From: Balanoglossus misakiensis
Lineage: Eukaryota > Animalia > Hemichordata
DNA: 64,000 bases
NCBI GenBank assembly: GCA_040954595.2
Contig: CM082580.2
Location: 11,918,909-11,982,908, forward strand
Direction of reading: 5' to 3'
The notes below the pieces were generated by a model, which saw nothing but the letters and a program-made list of their open reading frames with translations, did no database searches and was not told the origin of the DNA. Made by a program: the position numbers and the translations under genes. This document shows, piece by piece, positions 36,901 to 48,600 of the stretch (its first letter is position 1; each line of letters begins with the position of its first letter).

Positions 36901-39900
36901 AATGAAATGCAAACAAACTGAAAACTGCGGGTAAACATTTTGAAACGCAGTCCCTACAGGGCTATCTTGATACAGCTTGAGTATTTCCCACTGTATATAA
37001 CACTTGCGTTAATAATATTGTCTTGATTTTCATTCTCTGTGAACTGAAATCAATGTTCCACAGGTTTTGGCGTTGAAGCTAAATGACGCATTAGGAGGAA
37101 CATTACCATCGGATCTGTCACAACTTTTTTTCTCATACAAACCCGTATCTCAAATAACATCGTTGACGTCACATGTATCAATGTTAACTCGCTCGCAACA
37201 TCATGCCATCAGGCATTTTGATTAATTTGACATTTGGCAAGAGTTGCATGATGTTCACTGCATACATTGGAGGAAAAGAATTTTTCCTAGCCCATGATCG
37301 CGTGTTGACTGCTGTACGAAGACCGGCCACTGAGAGTGAAATATTATCACCTCAATGTACACTCCAAACAGCCGATAAACTAGCGTTGAAATATTTCTGG
37401 CATATGATCTGAAGGTACAAGTTAGAACAAATTCAGTAGCAGAGATTGCCACAGGGTAGCGCATTTTTAACCTTAAAACCCCGATGTCGCATATCTCACG
37501 ATCGGAAACGTTTGGGTCAAGCCAAAGTACACGGGGCAAAATAGTTTGTAAGCCCTTACTTGTCGCGAAACACTTTGAATAGAACCATCGGTTATTAAAT
37601 GTTGGGGGCATTTAACCCTTTCACCACAATAGTTGTGCTGTTTTTCTTTTTCTTACAACAACTCGGTCCAAGTGATCTAGTTCATCTGCTGACCTTCGTG
37701 TCTTTTGACTTGTTTTATAGATTCAAGAGAATCGGAACTAGGTACCAATACATCTCTGATCCGTACACTGAAATATACCACCTTAGCCGCCATGATGAAC
37801 CACCTTCTGTCGTGTGCCTGGTACGCGTTGACTTGTGTAGGACTGCACAATGGCTTAGATCCCGTATGTTACAACACTTCGTGGGGTACTAGCCCGGAGA
37901 TCAATTTAGGTAAGTTGTCTTTTGTCTGAAGTCAGTATTTAGACGAAGATTTAGAAAGATAGACAAGGGAACAACTCAAGGGCAATATTCTTGCAGTTGT
38001 CCGACCATCAATCCCGACTATAGGAAGCGAATGATTTTATAAAATAATGTTAACATTTGGTTGAATTAGTTGATATGCAACTACGCAACGGTTTCCATCC
38101 GCGATCAGTGGATTATGTTGTTTTTCACAATTTGTTACTAACTCATGGTTACCTGTTCCAGAGAATCGACTGTTTCAAAAATTTAAGGCGAAAACAAATA
38201 CATCGATATTATACACCCACTTCACTCAATTATATCACTCTTCCAATAGTTATCGACATCCTAGCAGATTTCCATGACAACGAGTGTTTGAAAATCAAAG
38301 CGCAAACAGCGACGTTTCGATCTCCGGGAGACCGGTCACCCCATTAAGTAGTAGTTGTTTGCAACTTTTTCCATTAATTTATGGATGCTTCAATAACGGT
38401 ATATGTGGATTGGTTCTTATCAGGTACAGAACTAGCAAATACCTCCACCGGCGATGCATATGTTATCACCTTGTACTGGGCAGTAGCCACTACCACGTCA
38501 ACTGGGTAAGTTGTCCACTTTCATGTACAAGATGGTTCAAACAACTTCGAACTTATAGTTCTCAATGTATACTGTTTAAATTTTCAATGCGTCATTCGTG
38601 ATTTAACTTTTCCTCATAAGTGAAATCAATATTATGGAAAAGTGGGTTAGACTAATTTAACTCTATTGGTGTTTTGACCACTTACATGACTGTATTTTTC
38701 TAATCCGACATTTTAGGTATGGCGATATCCATTCCATCAACGAAAATGAACGTTGGTTTTCCATCTTTGGAATGTTGCTTGGCATCTTCGTCTTCTTTGG
38801 GATGATCCTGGGCGGCATGGCTTCCATGTTGACCAACTTTGACGGACAGAGGGCGCGATACACTCACCGACTGAACGTCGTCAAGCATCACTTGGTAAGA
38901 TACCACATTTCCCAGAGCAAATAAAAATTAAACGGTAGTTCCCCTGGGAACAAAATATTGGATTTTAGTAATTCGTCGAGAAAGCCATCATGGATGTCTT
39001 CCGTGTTTGAATTTCCAGATGAAATGTAAAACATTGTACGATTAAAAAACAATGCAAGGATCAAATGTAAGCAACTTTGAAGTTGTTTTTCTCCCACAAC
39101 AGAAAGACCACACTGTGCCAGAAGAACTGCAGAAACTGGTGATCGGTTACTACGAATATCTGTGGGTCCGTAAGAAGGGAGTTCACGGCGAGGGAATGTT
39201 TGAATCCTTGCCCATCACCTTCCAAGCTGAAGTCTCTCTCATTGCCAACAAGTACATCCTGGATAAGGTATACCCGACACCGTTTCAGTTCTCGTAGTTT
39301 ATTTGGACCATGGACAGTAGATGTACTTGTCCCGTCTATTATTGCGTTAACAAGATTTCAGAAGTCACAACAGTGAACACGTTAAACTACAATCCAGTTT
39401 CTCATATGAATGCCAGTTTGAGCACAATTTAAATCCACACGTTCACCGATGCTGTATGCTTGTTGTATCCCGTAGGCGCCAATGTTCAAGTCAATGAACG
39501 AAGGTTTCCTTCGAATGCTTTCGTTGGTCATCAAACCATCACTGTACCTTCCAAACCAAACTATCGCAAACCGGGGAGAAATCGGGCATAGCATGTACTT
39601 CGTTCATCGAGGCGAAGTGGAGGTAGGATTCCATGTTTTTACTCTGTCACGCCTAATTGAAGAAGTTTGACATCGAAGTTTGTTCTTGTTATGTTTCTTG
39701 CAGTTTTGCTTCAGGAGACAGCCCAGTCGAATATCTTACCCACTTTGCACTGCGAAAAGTAAACTTTATTTTCCCACAATGCAGTGTGTCGACCAACATG
39801 GCGGATTAAATATAAGTGTTAAGATCTTCGAAGATCTTTCTCTAAATATACGATAAACTAAATGATGTTGGTGCTAATAGTTAACAGAAAGTGTGCTACA

Positions 39901-42900
39901 AACTATTGGCGACACTGATGGGGTAATTGGCCATGAAGCACTGTCGAAGTCGGGCGCGTTTTTCTGTAAAACAACTCGCCCGTCTTCGGCAGTGCCTTTG
40001 TACATGTACTTTCGGTCTGGCTGCGGTTTCAATGCTCCGGCCCCATCACATCTCAGTTTTCGGACAGTCTTTGGACAGCTATGATATATCCTTCGATGAA
40101 ACAAATTTTATCCAAGATTTGACCAGTTAATGTCTTGTTCAAGTAAGTGCATAAATTGTAAGATATGTTCCCCTACTTCCACTGTGATAGCACTGGGTTG
40201 CGTGGACCAAATATATTCCATTGTTTACTATTGTACATTTCATATACATGTACGTACTTTTAATACGTCCAGGTTCTCTCAGAAGATGATGATGAAAGTG
40301 CCATAGCAAACCTGAAGAGCGGCAAACTCTTTGGAGAGGTAACTATTTACAGTTTAACTATCATAAAAGATTTAAAGTTAAATTGACAGGGCCTGGGTGC
40401 ACTGTTCACCATAAACTATAATGTAAGGGCAATTAATGTAAACATTTCATGTAGGTCTAAGGGTCTGTTGTGGCAATATTACAGACTTTCAAAACCATGT
40501 AACTGTGTTCCCAATCCTTAGAAAACCTTACTGAATTGACAAATGACAGTCGCTGGCATGAGTTACGTTTGGATGAGTTACCCTAAGAGATAACTTTGAT
40601 TGTAAGAGAACCTTTTTGCATTATTTAGGTGAGTTTGATCTTCAGTATGCCAAGAACTCATGCTATCCGTGCTGGTGCTCACTGTGATCTGATGGTTTTG
40701 GACAAAACTGATCTTCATAAGGTGCTAATACATTATCCTGATGGTGAGTATATCTACATGAAAAATAAAATAAGCAAAAAAGTATTCTGTGTGGTAGTAC
40801 ATCAGTTTGTTAATGTTTTTAAAACTTTTTTTTCTTGCAACAGTGGCCAAGACACTACAGGAAATTGCTGAGAATCGCTGCGACACTGCCGGACATCTCA
40901 ACGAACGAGTTCAAGCTGGCGAAGGTGTAATCCCTGCTTCCAAAAGTCTTAAAAGACCAACTGTAGCCGCAGCAATGCCTCCAAGTAAGTTCAGAAGTCT
41001 TCTGTTTTGTGATTTGTTTCCATGGGAACAGTTGTAGTGGTGCTGTATAATTCAAGCTGTGTTGACTGTTGCTCATGATGTTTTGTAATCATTGGATTTG
41101 CTTTATTTGAAACACTAGGAACACTTCCCAAACCCAGCTCACAGGATCCCAGAAGGAAATCCCTGGTTACAGCGTCTCCAAAGAGAGAGGTCAGGGCTGC
41201 AACCCGAGTAGCGGTCACGAAATCGATCGATGTATTTGAGATGGAAGAACCTGGTGGTGAATGGATAGCTGTCCACAAAGGAAACTGCTGCACAGTGAGT
41301 CTCACTCATCTCTCTATTAAACTTATCTGTCATACAGATTAAACTTTCTTTTCCTTCTGCAAAATACTTCAGTGCAAAGTTCTTCTGTTTCTAACGTTTT
41401 CTGTATCTCTTCCACCACTTCTTGTATTTTTTTTTATTTTCACTTTTTCAAATTGAATTTTGGATCAGGCACACCTTGAGGTGAGAAATTATGCAAAAAA
41501 GCCAACAAAAAGTTATAAGACAAAAACTACTGTACTTTGTTGAAAGTAAAGATTGTAAGTTTGTGGTAGTGAATGATAATACCTTGAATGTTTTTATCTG
41601 CAGCTTGAAAATTGACAGACTAGTGGAAATAGTTGTCTGTTATTTTAATTGGTTAATGATTTGAATCAATGCATGTGAATTCTAGCCCTAGCATCAGTTG
41701 TAGTGAGACAGCTTAGAACACCTGGAAAGTGTCTGCTCAGTGGATAACATATGTGCAAACTGTCATGGTACCTGCAACTAACTTCCAGCTACCAAGTCCC
41801 CCGTCACAAGTAAAATCATTGTCTTGATTATTTTGACCACTTGTTCCTGTGTGGTTAACATAGTGTTATGCTCCCATAGGATCCATGTGGGAAACAGTGT
41901 TATGCTCCCATGTGGGAAACATAGTGTTATGCTCCCATAGGATCCATGTGGGAAACATAGTGTTATGCTCCCATATGGGTAACATAGTGTTATGCTCCCA
42001 TAGGATCCATGTGGGAAACATTGTGTTATGCTCCCACAGGATCCATGTGGGAAACAGTGTTATGCTCCCATAGGATCCATGTGGGAAACAGTGTTATGCT
42101 CCCACAGGATCCATGTGGGAAACAGTGTTATGCTCCCATAGGATCCATTCTGAAAACATTACACAGATACTGACTGTATGGCAAAGCAATTGGTAATACT
42201 TGTTATACATCACAGTGACGTGAATTTAATTGATATTTTCATCAAACAGAGACTGAGGAAAAGACTTTCTGACTTGGCAGACAAGATCCAGAACGGAGTC
42301 ATCGAACCCAACTCTCACTTCTACAAAGTTTGGGAGAAGCTAGTCCTCATTGTCACCTTGTTGGTCTCCTTCATTTACTCTTACATGGCCAGCTTTACAG
42401 GTGAGTTTCACTCCAATGTTTTGCTTTGCTGAAAATATCTTTTCCACATGTGTCCAATAACCAAGGAAAGTATTCCCACACTTTCTATGATCCTGACTGA
42501 AAGTAATACATGTACTCAGAAAAGTTGTTTGAGCCATCAAAATTTGAACCAGAACAGTCATTGAACTACTACAATGTATTTTGAGCCCCATGTTGTACTT
42601 GATATTGCCTGACTGGGCAGCTTTTGTATTCTTTGTCGCATACCGGACTACATTATGTGTATTGTGGGTTTTTATTGCAGTGAACTCAATACCTATGTCA
42701 GTGCCAAACTCTGCTGAGCAAAATCGAACATTTCTCATGTCACCAAATGAGTCTACGAACTCTAGTGACATCTCCAATCGTGAGTCAGAGTAATTAATGT
42801 CTGCTAAAGTGTGAAAATGACGACACCAAGTCAAACAGTTTGGAGGTTGTGTTTTGCCTGAAAATTATTTAAACTATTAATCTTGTATGGTCTGACTGGA

Positions 42901-45661
42901 CTGACATTTGCTAATCATGAATTAAAACAATGGTGTTTTGTTGCAGTGACGTTCAGACTGAACTATTAATTCAGAGTTCACTGTGGGAAGATGTGAATTA
43001 ATTGCCTCTGATTGGCCAATAACTTTGCTGATTCAGTCTCTTAACAGGAGCATGACTGATGAAACCAATAGACCTTCTAAAACAATCATACTGATCTCTC
43101 GCTGTCGCTGAGTTACTTAAGAAACAATCAAATTCCCCAGTACACCTGTTTTTGTCTTGATTGCAGCCAATCAGCACACATCTGGCTATGGTGATTCAGC
43201 AGGTGCTACCGCTCTTCTTGTGATCAGTTACTGCCTTGACTTAGTTCTTCTGGCCGACATCTTTGTCAAACTACGTACAGCAGTTGCAACACCTAATGGT
43301 ACGTGCAGGCTCCAGATTCTTTAATATATTCCCAATATTTATCATTAACCATGTTCAATTTGCATCTAAAAAGCATATTATTAGTAACTTATATTTACTT
43401 GACAACGATATGGCGATTTTCATGAAACTTTATCAAAGCTTGTGTTGATGTGACTTCCCACAGGTAACCTCAACGACTTTGCAAGCATTCGTAAGCATTA
43501 CTGCAGAAGCTTTGGATTCATCCTGGATATCATCGCAATTCTTCCCCTGGAAATGCTTTGCTTTGTCAAACCGCAGGGACACCAACGTTGGCACCTCTTC
43601 TCTTTCCTGAGACTAAATCGGATGACCAAATACTGGGTGGTAAGTGTGTTCCACCAAAATCAACACGTCTTTCGCATGTGAAATTGTAAGATAGAGTGAG
43701 GCGTCAGAATATCTTCAGTGCTTTTTTCAGCACCATGAACCAATGTTTGCAAAACCAGTATTTCCATACATGCTGTGAAGTTCAAATCTCGCCATGCACA
43801 TACCCTTGATACTATTTGGAACCTGTAGTCCTTTTTGCCATCATGGACTAAGTTTTACTGTCTCTATTTGACAACCCAGGTACCTAACTTCTTCTCCAAA
43901 CTGGAAGACGACTTGGACGTGGACATTGGCACTATCAGGTTTTTCAAATTCTTCATTTACATATCACTGCTGTCGCATTGGCACGCCTGTATCTGGTACC
44001 TTGCTGCTTGTCACACTGACACGTAAGTATTTTCATCTCGGTGTTTTTTGTTTTCTAACAGCTTTGTCTTATGTACAGTTTCATTTTAAAATCATTACTC
44101 GGCTTAAATTCAGAGAGCTTCTGCCAACTTGATCTCTTGTAAAGCAGATAAAGTTCTTATGACTTTTAAAATTATAGACAGACATCCTGACTACAAGCTA
44201 TTTCTGTAACTGAATAGTTTGACACCTCTTCAGGCACATTTAGCTTGTACAATAATGTCTTTTTGGAAAATTAGCGTGTGCATACATACTATACTGTAAC
44301 TGTAGGTACATGTACGGTACATGCATACATATATATGCAAATAATGTACGTATGTACATACATGCAAACATACATACATGCATACATTATATACATGACG
44401 TACATGCATAGACTCACATACACCCACATAATGTAACTATTAAACATACTACATATACACAATGATAGTTTTGTCATCACATTACTATTTCCTTTTACCA
44501 GAAACACCCTGAACATCGACCCTTCCTTATCATTACAACATTTCTTCCAAATTTACTTCTCGCTAATATCTTGCCATCTTCTTATGACAATCACCAAGGT
44601 GTTACAATGGACTCAATGGGGAGAGTGGTCAGGCCTTTGTCTTCACATCCAAAGGTTCTAGAAACACTGATCCAGACAGGTATAAATTCGGCAATTTAGG
44701 TGTTTCCAGTGCATCTGCTAGTTCCCCCTCTCTGGTAGTTGTAAAGACACCTATATGCATCCAAAAACTACACACTATCATCTTCCCATGCACAATTTTA
44801 TACTTCTTTATTTTGTCATGTGTATTATTTTCTTCTATCGATCAATGTCATCATTATTATTCCTTCCATTCAGCATGCACTCTCAATATGATAAAATCAC
44901 TTCTTGTCCTTTGCTGTCAGAACATTGAAACACAGTCCCTCAACCATGGAGGGACTGTGATTGTGAACTTGAAACGTTGATTAAGGTATTGGCACAGTAG
45001 GGGTATAGATGACTGGCGGATGGGTGAATGAAATGGGTGAATGGCTGAAAACAAGTTGTTACACACTGTAATGCATGTAACACAAAGTTTGTTTCAATGC
45101 ATGTAACACAACTGTGTCGATCTGTCTCCTCTGACCCTACTTCTGTGCTATGTGTCTACATTTATGAGACATGTTTATATGTATGGAAACTGCATTAAAC
45201 GCCGACGCACAAAATAATTTGTTTGTGATTCTCAATGAGAGTGTCAAAATTCTTAAGTATTTTAAGTTTACTCCAATCTGGATGCATTTTAAAAAAAATT
45301 GTTCAAATTTTAAGTTTATTCCTGGGGTGGGCTGGTTTGTCAAATCATCAATTATTTCATGTTGTCAAAAAGATATCTGTTTTGTGTAGCATTGTTCTTC
45401 CATGCATGGTTGACCGATCATTACATTCATACCACATAAAGTAGAATTTAAAAACATGCATGTCATTTCTTCTTTCAGCAGTCCACAACTTTGTGATGAT
45501 AGTAACAAGTAAGATATAGCCCCTGTCTTGTTTCGTCTCCTGTCTTTGATTTGTGTCAACCCAACACACACACGTCACATACATGTACATGTCATAGCAC
45601 TCCATTCATCATCTCTGCCTCTGTCTTTCTTTCTCTGTCTCTGTCTGCTTGTCTCTCTTTG

Positions 45662-45693
<32 letters not shown>

Positions 45694-48600
45694 CTTTTCT
45701 CAATCACTCTCTCCCTCAGAAACCCTGTTATCGGCTGCAGTCGTTTGTCTGTGTCCATGTCTGTGTTGCTACATGTACATACTTTTTGTACGCAACTCTT
45801 TTTCTTACAGTGCTGCAGTGTTCGAAGCGTTTTGGCGTATACCGTCAGCTTTTGCTCACTTTCTGACAAACTGTGTACATGTATGTCTTACAACTTCTCT
45901 GTCAGTTTTTTTGTTCCATCACCTTGAGTCTTTTTCTTTACTTCTCTAATCTTCTCTTTTTTTAATGTCTCAATCTTTAATTTCAGACACTATTCCAAGT
46001 CCCCCAATCACATGTGTTGTGTAATGCATGTTGACACCGTTTTTATTTTTTCAAATCTCTCTTGCTCTAACCCGGCATCCTCTATTCTATTCATTCCCCC
46101 ACAGTTGCACTGTTGGCAGTTGGGCAGACCATGCCAACATCCGACCAGACACCGATCCCTTCAAGGAATACATCCTGGCAATGTACTGGGCAGCTGCCAC
46201 CATGTCCAGCACCGGTTACGGTGATATCAGTGCCCACACTACTGTGGGACGCGCCATTGCTTTGGTTGCTATGCTGATCGGTCTGCTTCTCTATGGATAC
46301 TGTCTGTCATCAATTGCTGCCACTCTGGCCAATGCAGATGCACCTAGGTAAAAACTTACTTATCACGTACCTCTTAGAAATCCATGTGAAAGTGTTGCAA
46401 AGTGAGGAATGTACCTTTTCAGACTTCTATAGTGTAATATTCATTTTGTGTTTTACTTCACTAGGGTCACGTTTCAGGAAAAATTGTTTGCCGTACAGGA
46501 GTTCATGCGTGACCATGGACTAGGATCTGAGCTGCAACAACGAGTGGTGAATTACCTGAGCTTGCTCTTCAGAAGACACAGGTAATTAGTTATTGGCCAA
46601 TAACAAAGTGATAAACGTTGGTCCAAATAAACGTCATTTTGTTCAGTGAGACTATAGTAACTCAAATTTGTATGTTATCTGTTAGTAAAGTTGTAGGAAT
46701 GATGTATCTACCAAGAGAAAACTTGAGTTGATACGTGGTAGAAAAATACTGAAAAAAATGCCAAAAGTTGAGAGTTATACTGGGGCTTTAATCAAGTTAT
46801 GAATGTGACATTACTTTCGTAAATTCATGCAGTGTTTTCACAAATATTTTCACAGAGGAGAAGCCATGCCAGGCGGCCGACGACTGATGCACGATATGCC
46901 GATTGCTCTTCAGCAAGACATTGCCTTTGACGACGCCCAAGCCACACTCGGAAACGTTCCACTCTTCAAGGACTGTGATCCCAGCTTCATCCGAATGCTC
47001 TCTCTCAAGACGCACACCTATCTCTTCACACCTGGTGACATCATTGTCTATCGGGGTGACATGGGACGAGAGATGTACTTCATCCGAAGGGGAACGTGCG
47101 AGGTGAGTGCTAGATCCTATGGGGAAAACATCTGAATAGTTCTATCTATCAAGAAACCAAGTAGTGTTTTCTTTATATCATTTAATAAAGCAATATTACA
47201 ACAGTGTTTTCTCAAAATTCTACCTGTACAGGTTCTGTCACCTGATATGAGCCGGGTGAACAGCATCATTGGACCCGGACAATACTTTGGTGAAGTTGGA
47301 CTCATCTTTGGCGACTATCGTACTGCTACAGTGCGAGCGTCATCCTACTGTGAATTGATGATGTTGCAAAGATCGGACTTGGATGAGGTTCTCCAGAATT
47401 TCCCACTGATTGCCAAGTAAGTCTCTCAAACAATGACCTTTCTTCTTGATGTCTTTTGCAAGCAGGCTGTCTAGAAAGCACATTTTAATGATTTATGGTG
47501 GGTTTTTTTTCTCTCCGTCAGACAATTCAAAGAAGCTGCAGAAAATAAACAACATCTGATGGAACTGAGAAACGCATCCAAGAAAAACACTGAGGACGAC
47601 AGCAAACCCAAAAGTATGTCACATGCTTGATATCAGTAATAATATTGTCACTGTACTAACTCAGCATAATGAATCAGATTATGACAATCTTTGTCTTTTT
47701 TTTTCACCAGATGAAAGTGAACGATCATGCCAGGAATTACTTCTGCCACCAAATAGTAAACCTGTTGAAATGTCTGTCAAGGTCTTTGATAGGTAAACTT
47801 AACTAACATTATTGATAGAATATTTTTTATAGTTAAGGTTATAGAGATGAGAAAATTAAGTTAAAGTTTGCGTACAACTTTTGTGAAAAATGTTAAGACA
47901 ATTATGCATGTTGATATCGTTCTGCAATGATTCCAATATTCCTCAGTAATGTTATTTTTTTTCTTATCTTCCCTAGTACTTGTGATGATTACAAAGGACC
48001 ATTCAAATCTCTGAGTCCAATCACCTACGTGCTGTCCTTCCTACTGATGAAACGATGCTTTCTGCCGAGTGGCAAGTGGTTCCAGAAATGGGAAATTGTT
48101 CGTGTCGGTGTCGCTATCATCATGGTGTTCACAGTCAGTCTGCAAGCGGCGTTTCTGCATATGAATATCCCCCTCTGGGTGATCAATTATGCATTGGACA
48201 TCATCTGTTACATCGACATGTAAGTTTTTAACCCTTTCACACCCCCCCCCCCCCCCCAGTTCCTTGTATAGAGGCCAACTCGACCGTAGAAAACAATGGA
48301 TTTGGACCGAACAAGGGATACATGTGATTCAATTTAAATCAGAGTATCATTAACTGAGTTGATGTGTTATTTCTTGCAATACAGGTATCTGAAATTTCAC
48401 ACTGCCTTCTACAATGAGAACAACGTACTGGTGACTCACCCGTTATCCACTGCCAAACATTACGTCAAGTAAGTTTCTAGTTCAAATGTGAACTAGCTGA
48501 TCGAATCAACAAGCCTTCATTATAGCTTAGTTACTGCCAAAAAAAATTTACCAGATATTGACACTTGAGTGATACAGGGAGCAAGTCGGCACATAGCACA

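Larger units (their letters stand above)
19487..37720 (+). other. 18.2 kb first intron of the CNGK-like gene
   Basis: Donor A|GTAAGT at 19487 and acceptor TTTTATAG| at 37720. The junction reads ILSFFNSRESELG, matching the S4-S5 linkers of the other repeats (e.g. NFFTSWEKELN). Confidence 0.85.

Noticed and set aside
41885-42073. Repetitive ORF (HVGNIVLCSHRI)n with a CRISPR-like periodic look
   Set aside because: It is a translation of the minisatellite, with no unique spacers, no cas genes and a eukaryotic intron context.
42947-42970. Second acceptor-like site (TTGTTGCAG) in the cassette-exon intron
   Set aside because: An in-frame TAA follows within eight codons and there is no good donor.
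44613-44693. tRNA-like head (possible SINE relic); similar A-box-like text near 15762
   Set aside because: No intact B box or cloverleaf; too decayed to call.
45528-45949. Overlapping ORFs with SLSLSL/RERERE runs
   Set aside because: Artefacts of the (CT)n microsatellite.
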